Source of the DNA: a bacterium
GTDB lineage: Bacteria; Auribacterota; UBA3054
NCBI GenBank assembly: GCA_017557885.1
Contig: JAFYXV010000007.1
Span: forward strand, 148,620 to 212,619
DNA: 64,000 bases
Direction of reading: 5' to 3'
A program made the position numbers and the translations under genes. Below are positions 1-9,118 of this stretch, one piece after another (the first letter of the stretch is position 1; every line of letters starts with the position of its first letter). The notes below the pieces were generated by a model. It saw only the letters and a list, made by a program, of their open reading frames with translations. It was not told where the DNA came from and made no database searches.

Positions 1-303
1 AAGAGCATACTGGGCTGCGATCTGGTCTGCTACGGCGAGGTCAAGGAACAGTGCAGCCGTTACGGCCTGGTTTTTTCCTACAACAGCGTGACGGCGAGAG
101 TGGCTTTTTACGACGCCTCCACCGGCGCCAAAGTCTGGGAAGCCGAGGATTTCCGCGATTCCCTGGTCATGGGTATCAGCTTCATATATATGTACGAGCG
201 GGAAGTCATGTGGGCCAGGGAAGTTCACAACCGCTACGACGAATTGTTCCGCGATATGATGCAGCAGTTCCCCATGTGCACCTACGGATATAAAACTAAA
301 TGA
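1..303 (+). CDS. 3' end of a hypothetical protein (possibly DUF799/GNA1162-like lipoprotein), truncated by window start
   Basis: Frame 1 is open from base 1 (KSILGCDLVCYGEVKEQ...VTARVAFYDASTGAKVWEA) to TGA 301-303, with ATGA overlap onto the next gene. Family is guessed from the D.V.YG.V and D..TG..VW pattern. Confidence 0.55.
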   Translation, partial: KSILGCDLVCYGEVKEQCSRYGLVFSYNSVTARVAFYDASTGAKVWEAEDFRDSLVMGISFIYMYEREVMWAREVHNRYDELFRDMMQQFPMCTYGYKTK

Positions 304-1025
304 GAAACGATATGAAGAGATTTTTCGGGATAACATTGTGCGCGCTTTTTGCTTTTTCCGCCCTTTCCGTTATGGCGGAGAAACCGGGTTTCAAGAAATA
401 CACGGGCTCATATAACCTGACCGCCAACGGTGCGGCCTACACCGTCATAGTCGCAAAGGACGGTTACACCACCATATTGGGCGGCCAGGACAAGGACCCA
501 GTGGCCGGCAAGGTGAAATTCTGGAAGAACCGCCAGGAGATGCGTCTCCTGTATCCGAAGTACACCTTCAAAGGCTTCGCCAATTCCTTAGACCTCATTT
601 CCGGCGAATTCATGGACATCACCCAGGGCGCCGATTACGTGGACGCCACGCTGCAAAGGTCCGACGACCCCATCTTCCACATAAAGTTCATGAAGAGCAG
701 CAAAAAGCAGGTCAAGGGCGACGTCTTCTACAACTACGGCAAGGACGTCAAACCCAGAAGCTACTACATCGCTTTCTATTACAGGACCGACGACGACAGG
801 ACTTATTATTTGCGCAAGACCCAGAAGATCTCCCGCCTCGGTTTCTTCCATCAGAATTTCCCGAAATTCTTCCAGGTGGACGCCTATATCGTCTCCGAAG
901 AAGGCTTGGCCGATCTGCCGGAGGAATACACCAGCCAACTGTCTGTTGACGGGAAAAAGATCATGGCTTACAACTACTGCGAACCCGGGTATAAGCAGCC
1001 CAGGGACGTTTATAAATCCAAATAA
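300..1025 (+). CDS. secreted hypothetical protein (Lys/Tyr-rich)
   Basis: 241 aa ORF with a Sec-type signal peptide (MKRFFGITLCALFAFSALSVMA), followed by a terminator hairpin. Confidence 0.75.
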   Translation: MRNDMKRFFGITLCALFAFSALSVMAEKPGFKKYTGSYNLTANGAAYTVIVAKDGYTTILGGQDKDPVAGKVKFWKNRQEMRLLYPKYTFKGFANSLDLISGEFMDITQGADYVDATLQRSDDPIFHIKFMKSSKKQVKGDVFYNYGKDVKPRSYYIAFYYRTDDDRTYYLRKTQKISRLGFFHQNFPKFFQVDAYIVSEEGLADLPEEYTSQLSVDGKKIMAYNYCEPGYKQPRDVYKSK

Positions 1026-1061
1026 ATTATTTTTTCAATCAAATTCTTCTCCTACATGTTT

Positions 1062-1090
1062 GGGCGGACGGGGCAACTCGTCCGCTTTTT
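1062..1090 (+). terminator. intrinsic terminator for the + strand genes
   Basis: GCGGACGGG-GCAA-CTCGTCCGC followed by TTTTT. Confidence 0.75.
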
Positions 1091-1124
1091 ATTTCCGCCT
1101 CTGCGGGCAAAGATCCCCAGGCGT

Positions 1125-1154
1125 AAAAAAAGCTCCGCCTGCGGCGGAGCTTTT
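1125..1154 (-). terminator. intrinsic terminator of the dapL...DMT operon (possibly bidirectional)
   Basis: AAAAAAAGCTCCGCC-TGC-GGCGGAGCTTTT, just downstream of the DMT gene stop. Confidence 0.75.
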
Positions 1155-1177
1155 ATCTAACTTCTTTTTCTTGTTCT

Positions 1178-1522
1178 TTATTTGAAAATGAAGTAGGCGG
1201 CGGCCACCATGCAGATGGCGGCGTAGAGGAAGTTCCAGGAGACCTTCTCCTTCATGATGAAGATCGCGAAGGGCACGAAGACCGAGAGCGTAACGATCTC
1301 CTGGGTGATCTTCATCTGCATGAGGGTGAAGGACTGGTTGCCGAAGCGATTGGCCGGGATCATGATGCTGTATTCGAAGAAGGCTATCACCCAGCTTGTC
1401 AGAATGGCGAGGATAACGGGGGAGTCGGCTCTGTTTTTCAGGTGATAGTACCAGGCGAAAGTCATGAAGATGTTCGAGAGGACGAGAAGCGACGCGTAAA
1501 TGCAAAAATTGGAGATCTTCAT
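1178..1522 (-). CDS. DMT-superfamily small membrane protein (DUF486-like)
   Basis: Motifs SNIFMTFAWYYHLK, SWVIAFFEY, IPANRFG and QMKITQEIVTL, with 4 hydrophobic helices. Start moved to 1522 for the ATGA overlap with the upstream stop. Confidence 0.85.
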   Translation of the reverse strand: MKISNFCIYASLLVLSNIFMTFAWYYHLKNRADSPVILAILTSWVIAFFEYSIMIPANRFGNQSFTLMQMKITQEIVTLSVFVPFAIFIMKEKVSWNFLYAAICMVAAAYFIFK

Positions 1523-1905
1523 ATTGAATATTTGCTCCATGCGGTGCCTGTGTTGGGGGGCGCAATTCTTACGGTTAACTGAGTTTTCAAATGTTCCAGG
1601 GCGTCTGATATTTTTTCAGACTGATTTTCCGGAAGCTCGCACAAAAGGATCGGCGCTTGCGAGGCGGCGGCCCTGGCGAGGGCGGCGAGATAAAGCTCGT
1701 CTTCCGTTAGCTCCCGGCAGGCCTTGTAAAAAATGGGGGAGAGCCAGGGCCAGCTTTCCATTTCCGCGGTTCTCGCTTTTATCTCATCGCTCGTATAGCC
1801 GCGCAGCATAAGGTCGCCCAGGACGTTCTTGAAGACCGTCATGTGCGGATAAAAGGCGTGCCGCGGGGAAACGAAAGCGGTGTCAGCTGAACCGAAAGCG
1901 AACAT
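1519..1905 (-). CDS. truncated, degenerate ABC-ATPase-like protein
   Basis: FYPHMTVFKNV, ELTEDELYLAALARA and PILLCELP resemble the ABC helical subdomain, signature and Walker B; no Walker A. Overlaps both neighbours (TAATG and ATGA). Confidence 0.6.
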   Translation of the reverse strand: MFAFGSADTAFVSPRHAFYPHMTVFKNVLGDLMLRGYTSDEIKARTAEMESWPWLSPIFYKACRELTEDELYLAALARAAASQAPILLCELPENQSEKISDALEHLKTQLTVRIAPPNTGTAWSKYSI

Positions 1906-3365
1906 TACTTTTTGTCGGCCGTCTTGGCTATGAAGCTGACGATGTCGTTTTTCAATTTCGCGCGCTCCTTGTCGATGGTGTACATCATGTGCCCGCCCTG
2001 ATAGTAGGTCTGGGTGATGTTTTTCTTCAAGTCCGGCGTCAGGGGCATGTGGTTCACCGTGTGCCAGGTGGCAAAATACGGCGTGGCAAGGTCAAAGTAG
2101 CCGTTGGCGATGAGGACCTTCAGGTCCGTATTGCGGCAGATGGCCTGGCGCAGCCTGTCGCTGACGTTGACGTATTTTCCGTCGTGGTCGGATTTCCAGG
2201 GATGGGCGCGGCCCGTCAGGACCAGGTAAAGCTTCTCGGAGGAGTAGCCCAGCTCCTGGGTGACGTAGTCGTTGAAACAGGTGGTGAAAACGCCGGCGGT
2301 GGCGGAATGAGAGGGATCGGTCTCGGGATGGTCGCCAGCACGTTCGCCGTCGCGGCCTTTTATTCTGCCGTCGAAGCGGCCCACGGAATAGCCTTCCTCT
2401 TTCAGGAGGTTTTTGGTGAAGCGCCAGATACTGGGCTTCAGGTTGCAGTCAAGCACGAACTGCTCTGTGAGTCCGGTGTAGGCGGCGAGTTTTTTCGCGA
2501 CTTCCTGCTTTTCATCTTCAGGAAGTTCGGTGCCTAAAAAGAGCGCGCGGAGGTATTCGTTGACCGCGAAGTTTTCCACTTCCGCCAGGAAATCGTCCTG
2601 CTTTTGTCCAACGCCGGCTTTCTTGTGATAGTGGGCGATGGCGGCGTAGGTGGGCAAAAAGAGGATGTAGGGGAGGTCGTTGCCGAAGTCAAATCTGGCG
2701 GTGCCGAAATCAAGGATGGAGGAAACGAGGATGATGCCGTTCAGGTACATGCCCTGCTCGTTGTTCAGGTATCCGGCAAGCCCTGCGGAGCGCGTCGTGC
2801 CGTAGCTTTCGCCTAAAAGGTACTTCGGGGACATCCAGCGGCCCTGCTGGCTGCAGAAACGCATGATGAAGTCGCCCATGGCCTCGATGTCTTTTTCAAG
2901 TCCGTGGAACTCGTCTTCGTGCTCGAGGTCTTCGGCGCGGGAGAAGCCCGTGCTGACAGGATCGACGAAGACCAGGTCGGCGACGTCAAGGAGAGTTTCC
3001 TTGTTGTCCACGATCTCAAAGGGCGGTTTGGGAGCGGAGCCGTCGGCGTTCATTTTGCAGCGCCTGGGTCCGAAGGCGCCCATGTGCAGCCAGATGGAGG
3101 AACTGCCGGGGCCGCCGTTGTAGATGAAGATAACGGGGCGCTTCTTGAGATCTTTGACGCCGCTCTTCTGGTAATAGGTGAAGAAGATGCGGGCTTTTAT
3201 TTTGCTCTCGTCCTTGTGTTCGCGAAGGAAGAGCGTTCCGGCGGTGGCGGTGTAATCAAGTTTTTGCGTTCCCAGTTTGAGGGAATGGGAAGTCGTTACG
3301 CGCTGCTCCTTTTCTTCCTTCGGAGTTTCGGCGGCTTCTTTGTTTTTCTTTTCTTCGTTTTCCAT
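1905..3365 (-). CDS. S10 family serine carboxypeptidase
   Basis: NGGPGSSS, GESYG nucleophile elbow, GYFDLAT and GGHMMY. Likely start MENEE at 3365; no signal peptide. Confidence 0.9.
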   Translation of the reverse strand: MENEEKKNKEAAETPKEEKEQRVTTSHSLKLGTQKLDYTATAGTLFLREHKDESKIKARIFFTYYQKSGVKDLKKRPVIFIYNGGPGSSSIWLHMGAFGPRRCKMNADGSAPKPPFEIVDNKETLLDVADLVFVDPVSTGFSRAEDLEHEDEFHGLEKDIEAMGDFIMRFCSQQGRWMSPKYLLGESYGTTRSAGLAGYLNNEQGMYLNGIILVSSILDFGTARFDFGNDLPYILFLPTYAAIAHYHKKAGVGQKQDDFLAEVENFAVNEYLRALFLGTELPEDEKQEVAKKLAAYTGLTEQFVLDCNLKPSIWRFTKNLLKEEGYSVGRFDGRIKGRDGERAGDHPETDPSHSATAGVFTTCFNDYVTQELGYSSEKLYLVLTGRAHPWKSDHDGKYVNVSDRLRQAICRNTDLKVLIANGYFDLATPYFATWHTVNHMPLTPDLKKNITQTYYQGGHMMYTIDKERAKLKNDIVSFIAKTADKK

Positions 3366-3381
3366 TTTTGTGCGATCAAAA

Positions 3382-4056
3382 TTATTTAACAAGTCCGGCG
3401 AAGCCCATGAAGGCTATGGCCAAAAGCGCGGCGGTCAAAAAGGCGATGGGCATTCCCCTGAAAGGCTTGGGAATGTCAACCAGCGCCAGACGCTCCCTGA
3501 TGCCCGCCATCAGCATTAGGGCGAGTAGGAAGCCGCATCCGGCGCCAAACCCCTGTAAAACGCCAAAGAGGAGGCTCATTGGGTGTCCGTAGCCCAGGGC
3601 CGTGCCGTTGATGGTCACGCCTTCGATGTTGAGGATCGTAACGCCAAGGACGGCGCAGTTCGTCGTGATAAGGGGAAGGTAGATGCCCAAGGCCGCGTAA
3701 AGGGGCGGGGCGATCTTCTGGATGACCATCTCCACGAACTGCACGAGAGCCGCGATGACAAGGATGAAGACCAGCGTCATGAGGTAGCGCAGGTCGAAAG
3801 ATTCAACGCCTTTTTCCCCGCCGAAGATCTTGTAGAAGAGATTGCTCTCGGAGGGATAGAGGAAGAAGTGATAGACGAGCCAGCAGACGACGCTGGCGAG
3901 CGTCATGACGAAGATGACGGCGAGCCCCATGCCCAGGGCCGACTTCTTTTCCGTGGATACGCCGATGTAGGGGCAGTAGCCAAGGAAGCGCGAGAAAATG
4001 AAGTTGTTGACGAGAACAACCGAAATGATGACTAAAAAGGCAGTGGCAAGGTTCAT
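3382..4056 (-). CDS. rnfA: Rnf electron transport complex subunit A
   Basis: LVNN...FLGYCPYIGVS, LGIYLPLITTNCAVLG, MAGIRERL, GMPIAF. Confidence 0.9.
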   Translation of the reverse strand: MNLATAFLVIISVVLVNNFIFSRFLGYCPYIGVSTEKKSALGMGLAVIFVMTLASVVCWLVYHFFLYPSESNLFYKIFGGEKGVESFDLRYLMTLVFILVIAALVQFVEMVIQKIAPPLYAALGIYLPLITTNCAVLGVTILNIEGVTINGTALGYGHPMSLLFGVLQGFGAGCGFLLALMLMAGIRERLALVDIPKPFRGMPIAFLTAALLAIAFMGFAGLVK

Positions 4057-4646
4057 TTGGCTCTCCTCTGGGATAAGACGTTACGCACGGCCATGACCAG
4101 TCCGAAAGTTAATAGCGCGCCGGCTGGGAGGATCATGATGCCGATGGGGTCCCAGCCGGGAATGACCGTCAGACCGAACCATTTGTTGGCGCCCAAAACT
4201 TCCCTGATGGTGGCGATGATGGAGATGGCGATAAGGAAGCCAATTCCCATGCCCAGGCCGTCCAGGGCGGCTCTCAGGGGATTGTTCTTGGCGGCGAAAG
4301 CTTCCGCACGGCCAAGGATGATGCAGTTCACCACGATCAATTTTATGAAGAGTCCGATGGCCTTGCTAAGTTCCGGCGCGAAGCCCGCGATCAGCATATC
4401 GACTACCGTCACCAAAAAAGCGATGACGATGATGTAGCAGGGGATCCTGATCTTGGAGGGCACGAAGCCCTTTATAAGGGAAATGATGATGTTGGAGAAG
4501 GTCAGGACTGCGATGACGGAAAGCCCCATGCCCACGGCGTTGCGCATGCTTCCGCTGGTTGCGAGAGTCGGGCACAAGCCCAAGGAAAGGACCAGTACAG
4601 GGTTTTTCTCCCAGATGCCTTTCAGGAATTCACGAAAAAGACTCAT
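4053..4646 (-). CDS. rnfE: Rnf electron transport complex subunit E
   Basis: NPVLV..LGLCPTLA, IRIP..I..IA, LIVVNCIILGRAEAFA, IREVLG. Confidence 0.9.
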   Translation of the reverse strand: MSLFREFLKGIWEKNPVLVLSLGLCPTLATSGSMRNAVGMGLSVIAVLTFSNIIISLIKGFVPSKIRIPCYIIVIAFLVTVVDMLIAGFAPELSKAIGLFIKLIVVNCIILGRAEAFAAKNNPLRAALDGLGMGIGFLIAISIIATIREVLGANKWFGLTVIPGWDPIGIMILPAGALLTFGLVMAVRNVLSQRRAK

Positions 4647-5288
4647 TTATTTTCCCTCCTTTTTCGCTTTCAGAAAAAGCTCGATGGGTTCTTTGACCGC
4701 CTTCGTCACGGCGGTAGATGTTATGGTCGCGCCGGAAAGCGCGGTGATGTGCTTCGGATCTTTCGTCTTCACGACAATGAGATCCTCGGGCGTCTTGCCG
4801 GAGAACTGCGCCTGGAACCAGGGGATCTGGCTCTCCTCAGATTTTTCTTCCTTCGCGGAGAAGAGTCCTTTGATGGCGCTAAATATGGTGTCGTTGGAAG
4901 GAAGCGCGTCCACTTCCGCACCTAAGCCCGGAGTTTCCGCCTGCTCGAGCACTCTGATGGCGACGACCTTGCCGTCGGGCTCGATGCCGGAGAGAACTTT
5001 GATCTGGGACTGATAGCCGCCGACCTGGTACAAAAGTTCGTAGCCGATCACGTTCTTGCTTTCGTCGAAGACTTCGTAATAAGAAATAGTCTTGCCTTCC
5101 GCTTCCAGCGTTTTCAGTTCGCCAAAAGCTGCGGCGCTGGGGAAAGCCAGTTTCTGGCCTTCCTCGAGTCTCTTCGACTGGGCGGCTTGAATAGGCTCCT
5201 TGGTGATCCTGTCAACCAGAGACAAGCCTACGCCGGCCACGCCGGCAATGATGAGAAGGACTAAGCCGTAATGCAGTATAGTTTTCAT
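4647..5288 (-). CDS. rnfG: Rnf electron transport complex subunit G
   Basis: N-terminal TM helix, GGY..I, ETPGLG, and FMNylation motif SGATITS. Confidence 0.9.
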   Translation of the reverse strand: MKTILHYGLVLLIIAGVAGVGLSLVDRITKEPIQAAQSKRLEEGQKLAFPSAAAFGELKTLEAEGKTISYYEVFDESKNVIGYELLYQVGGYQSQIKVLSGIEPDGKVVAIRVLEQAETPGLGAEVDALPSNDTIFSAIKGLFSAKEEKSEESQIPWFQAQFSGKTPEDLIVVKTKDPKHITALSGATITSTAVTKAVKEPIELFLKAKKEGK

Positions 5289-6265
5289 TTCTTGCCCGTC
5301 CCGAATACTCTGTTAGAAATAAGACCGTCGATCAAGGGCACTGTGGCGTTCATGATCAGAATGGAGTAGGAAACGCCCTCCGGATAACCGCCCCAGCGTC
5401 TTATTATGAAAGTCAAAAGTCCGCAGCCAAATCCGAAGATCAGTTGCCCTTTGTGCGTCAGCGGGGAAGTGACCATGTCGGTAGCCATGAACCAGGCTCC
5501 CAGCATCGCGCCGCCCGAGAGGATCGCGAAAAGCGGATCGCCCTTGAAGATCAGAGTGACCACGGCCAGCGTCACAAGGAAGCTTACGGGGATGTGCCAA
5601 CTTATGATGCCTCTTATGAGCAGGAAAAGGCCGCCCAGAAGCAGCAGCGCGGCGGATATCTCGCCCACGCAGCCAATGGCGCCTCTGCCGTAGCCGAAGA
5701 GGAGGTCAAGGTACATGCTGCCCTTCGAACCGAAAGCCTGCATAAGAGCCTCCTGGCCGCCTTCCTTTAAGAGTCCCAAAGGAGTCGCCTGGGAGACGGC
5801 GTCCACGGGGTTGCCGAATTGGGTGCCCAGGGTCCAGCTGGTCATGTGCTTCGGGAAAGAGGCCAAAAGGAAGGCGCGGCCGATCAACGCCGGGTTGAAA
5901 ATGTTGCAGCCCAATCCGCCGAAGCACTGCTTGACTATTATGACAGCCAGCGCCGTGCCGAGCATCGGCATCCACAAGGGAATGGTCGGCGGAACGTTGA
6001 AGGAGACTAAGAGCCCGGTCAGCGCCGCGCTGCCGTCCCAGCAGGATCTGATTGGCTGATGTCTGATCTTGAGGCAAATTGCCTCGCATACCATGGCGAA
6101 TAGAACGCAGACGATCGTTAATTTGACCGCCATGAGCCCGAAGATCACGTAGCTCCAGATCAAAGCCGGCAGCAGCGCGAAAAAGACCGTCCACATGACT
6201 TTCGGGATGGAGTCTCCCGACCTGATGTGGGGCGATGAGGAAAGACGAAGAAGTTTTGTTTCCAT
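5285..6265 (-). CDS. rnfD: Rnf electron transport complex subunit D
   Basis: SSSPHI, KQCFGGLGCNIFNPAL, DAVSQATPL (FMN-Thr), FMATDMVTSP, YPEGV. Confidence 0.9.
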   Translation of the reverse strand: METKLLRLSSSPHIRSGDSIPKVMWTVFFALLPALIWSYVIFGLMAVKLTIVCVLFAMVCEAICLKIRHQPIRSCWDGSAALTGLLVSFNVPPTIPLWMPMLGTALAVIIVKQCFGGLGCNIFNPALIGRAFLLASFPKHMTSWTLGTQFGNPVDAVSQATPLGLLKEGGQEALMQAFGSKGSMYLDLLFGYGRGAIGCVGEISAALLLLGGLFLLIRGIISWHIPVSFLVTLAVVTLIFKGDPLFAILSGGAMLGAWFMATDMVTSPLTHKGQLIFGFGCGLLTFIIRRWGGYPEGVSYSILIMNATVPLIDGLISNRVFGTGKK

Positions 6266-6274
6266 ATGTTTAAA

Positions 6275-6766
6275 TTATGCTTGTTGCAAAATAAAAGCGG
6301 GGGCGAAGAGCCTGACTTCCTGAGCGTCAAGAAGAGATGCGTATTCCTTGCCGAATTGGAAAGCATCTTTCTGCAATTCCCTCAGGGGCGCAAGCACGAA
6401 GAGCCTTTCTTTTATCCTGGGATGCGGGATCGTGAGTTCCGGTTCGTTCACGCACTCATCATTGAAAGTCAGCATGTCGATATCGCAAGTCCTGGGAGAA
6501 TTCTTTTCATGCTCATTCGGTCTGCCCAGTTCCTTTTCGATGCTCTGGGTAAAAGCGAGCAGTTCGCGCTCATTCATTTCATGTTCGCAGGAGACGACCA
6601 TGTTGAGGAAAGGAGAGCTGCCGGCGGTACAGTCTATGGGCGCGGTCTCCCAGACGGAAGACAACGAAGTGACAGCAACCTTCTCGCGCAGCTTTGCCAC
6701 TGCGCTCTTAAGATTGCCAAGTCTGTCACCCAGATTTGACCCAAGACTGAGATAGCTTAATGTCAT
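6275..6766 (-). CDS. folK: 2-amino-4-hydroxy-6-hydroxymethyldihydropteridine diphosphokinase
   Basis: LSLGSNLGDR, FLNMV, ELGR...PRTCDID, PHPRIKERLFVL. Confidence 0.92.
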   Translation of the reverse strand: MTLSYLSLGSNLGDRLGNLKSAVAKLREKVAVTSLSSVWETAPIDCTAGSSPFLNMVVSCEHEMNERELLAFTQSIEKELGRPNEHEKNSPRTCDIDMLTFNDECVNEPELTIPHPRIKERLFVLAPLRELQKDAFQFGKEYASLLDAQEVRLFAPAFILQQA

Positions 6767-7935
6767 TTGTAAATGTTGAGCTTTTTGATCCTTTCCACCG
6801 CTTCAAGGAGCCTTTCCTTGGGAGCGGTCAGAGTCATCCTGATATAGCCTTCGCCGGAGGGGCCGAAGCCGTTGCCGGGAGTGGCCACCATCGCCGCTTC
6901 CTTAAGAAGTTTCATGGCGGTCTCCTTGCTCGTCATGCCCTGAGGCACGGGCGCCCAGACGTAAAAGGCCGCCTGACTAGGCTTCACGGGACAGCCCAGG
7001 GCCTGCAGGCCATTGACTAGCGCATCCCTTCTTTCCTGGTAAGTACGAAGCAGCTCTTCGCGCCAACTTTGGTCGCCCGTCAGAGCTTCCACTGCGGCGT
7101 CCTGGACGGCGCCGAAGATGCCGGAGTCGAGGTTTCCCTTGATGCGGGAGAGCCCGGCCACCAATGACGGATTGCCCACCGCGAAAGCCACCCTCCAGCC
7201 CGTCATATTGTAGGTCTTGGAAAGCGAGTAGTACTCCACGCAGTATTCCTTGGCGCCCTCAACTTCCAGGAAGGAATGGGGCTTGATGCCGTCGTAGTAA
7301 ACGTCGGCGTAGGCCGCGTCGTGGGCGATGATGATGTTGTATTTCTTCGCGAAGTCCAGGGCTTTCTTGTAAAAGGAGAGCGGCGCGGTGACAGCTATGG
7401 GGTTGTTGGGGTAGCAGAGGAACATCATCTTCGCCCTCTGCGCAATTTCTTCCGGAATGGCGTCAAGGTCGGGAAGATAATCGTTCTCTTCCTTAAGCGG
7501 CATATAGTAAGTCTCGGCGTCAGCGAAAAGCGTACCGGAATGATAGACCGGGTATCCCGGTTCCGGAACGAGCACCACTTCGCCAGGGTTGACGAACGCA
7601 AGGTGGATATGCCCGATGCCTTCCTTGGAGCCAAGGAGCGGTATGATCTCGGTGTTGGGATCAACGGTCACGCCGAAACGGGTTTTATAATAAGCGGCGC
7701 AGGCTTCTCTCAGAGCCTGTTTGCCGTTGCCAAAGTCGTACTGATGGTTGGCGGGATTCAGGGCGGCTTTTCTTAAAGCTTCCACGATGTGCGGAGGAGT
7801 GGGGAGGTCAGGGTCGCCGATGCCCAGATTGATGACGTCCGCGCCCGATTTCTTCAGTTCGCTTTTCAGAGCGTCGATCTCTTGGAAGAGATACGGCGGC
7901 AGCATGGAAAGCCTTTTGGAAAGGGGAAAATCCAT
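6763..7935 (-). CDS. dapL: LL-diaminopimelate aminotransferase (class I/II PLP)
   Basis: LPPYLF, LGIGDPD, GSKEGI, YPNNP, DAAY, SLSKTYNMTGWR, TPGNGFG..GEGY. Confidence 0.8.
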   Translation of the reverse strand: MDFPLSKRLSMLPPYLFQEIDALKSELKKSGADVINLGIGDPDLPTPPHIVEALRKAALNPANHQYDFGNGKQALREACAAYYKTRFGVTVDPNTEIIPLLGSKEGIGHIHLAFVNPGEVVLVPEPGYPVYHSGTLFADAETYYMPLKEENDYLPDLDAIPEEIAQRAKMMFLCYPNNPIAVTAPLSFYKKALDFAKKYNIIIAHDAAYADVYYDGIKPHSFLEVEGAKEYCVEYYSLSKTYNMTGWRVAFAVGNPSLVAGLSRIKGNLDSGIFGAVQDAAVEALTGDQSWREELLRTYQERRDALVNGLQALGCPVKPSQAAFYVWAPVPQGMTSKETAMKLLKEAAMVATPGNGFGPSGEGYIRMTLTAPKERLLEAVERIKKLNIYK

Positions 7936-7973
7936 TTGGTTCCTTAATTGATTTGTAAGTTAGTTTAAATGAA

Positions 7974-7982
7974 ATTATACCA
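7974..7982 (-). promoter_or_regulatory. extended -10 promoter candidate for the dapL operon
   Basis: TGGTATAAT on the minus strand about 40 nt upstream of the dapL ATG. Confidence 0.5.
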
Positions 7983-8119
7983 TAACGCTCCCCTTTGATG
8001 TGGAAATGAGCGCCCTTCGCCTCCAACGCAGGGTGAAGCGATTGCATAAAACATTGGGAAAGGTTAAAATTATTAGGTCATATACAGTTCGTTTTAACCT
8101 TAGACAACTTTCGGCAGAA

Positions 8120-9082
8120 ATGAAGAAAACGCTTTTGGTTTCATTCCTTCTGGCAGCTTTTGGCGCGCTTTGCGCCGACGCCATGATCAATTACAATGGA
8201 AAACTTTTGATAGAAGTGCAGGACGAGGAGAGCGGATTGCCGGTCCCGGGCTACCAGTTTTCCATCAGCGAGGATTACAGCCACACCAAGATCCTTGCCA
8301 CAATAGAATCTGACATCAACGGACGCGGCTGGAGCAAAAAACTGAAACCGGGCGAATACTACATTTTCAACAGCAGGACCTCCGGCGGCTACGCTCCCTA
8401 CGAAGGCGGCGGACCTTTTGCTTTCCCGGCCGCCGGCACCGGCATGGTCTTCAAAGTCAAAGGAGGAAACAAGGGCTGCAAGATAGATCAGTCGGGATCG
8501 GAGAGCACGCTTAAGATGTCCGGCGTAGTGACGGACGAGACGCTGGGAAGGATCGACGCCGACGGTCAGCACAGATTTTTCATCAGCTGCAAAGGCAGCA
8601 TATTTTCCGACTATTTCTGCCTGATCCCCAAAGGCTCCGACGCCTATTTGAAAGCAAATGACGTAAGTTTGAATTTCAAGCGCAAAAAAACCACGCTGAC
8701 TTTCAAGATCGGCCCAACTTACGCCAACAAATATTTCAACCTGGGAACTTTTTCCGAGGGCTCCGCGTTTGTCGAGAATCTGCTTGTTGAGAACACGTTC
8801 TCCGGCAAGAATAGCAATATTTACAACCAGGACAAGGATCCCTTCAACAACAGCACCGTGTCTTTCTACCACGGCTGGATCACGCATCCGGATATGTACG
8901 GCGGTCAGAGCTTCAATTTGATCGACAAGGGCAACCAGTATTGCTGCGACAATACGTCGATCGTGGAGGGAGCCAAGGTTGCTCTTAAGTTCTCCCTCAG
9001 CAAGAAGAACCACAAGTTCAAGCTGACCTTGAAGTCTCAATACAACATAGGCTGCTATTTCAGGTTCACGAAAAACGATTAA
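8120..9082 (+). CDS. secreted hypothetical protein with an N-terminal Cna-B/prealbumin-like beta domain
   Basis: Start moved to ATG 8120 (signal peptide MKKTLLVSFLLAAFGALCADA). V.D..SG.PVPG..F, SD.NG and L.PGEY fit a transthyretin-like fold. Confidence 0.7.
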   Translation: MKKTLLVSFLLAAFGALCADAMINYNGKLLIEVQDEESGLPVPGYQFSISEDYSHTKILATIESDINGRGWSKKLKPGEYYIFNSRTSGGYAPYEGGGPFAFPAAGTGMVFKVKGGNKGCKIDQSGSESTLKMSGVVTDETLGRIDADGQHRFFISCKGSIFSDYFCLIPKGSDAYLKANDVSLNFKRKKTTLTFKIGPTYANKYFNLGTFSEGSAFVENLLVENTFSGKNSNIYNQDKDPFNNSTVSFYHGWITHPDMYGGQSFNLIDKGNQYCCDNTSIVEGAKVALKFSLSKKNHKFKLTLKSQYNIGCYFRFTKND

Positions 9083-9118
9083 AGACCATAACCTTTCCTC
9101 CATTACCAGGGATCTCAT

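Noticed and set aside
3382-6265. Na+-NQR (nqrBCDE) instead of Rnf
   Set aside because: Subunit sizes and motifs (SSSPHI start and 326-aa length of D, about 210-aa G, AGIRERL in A) fit Rnf better.
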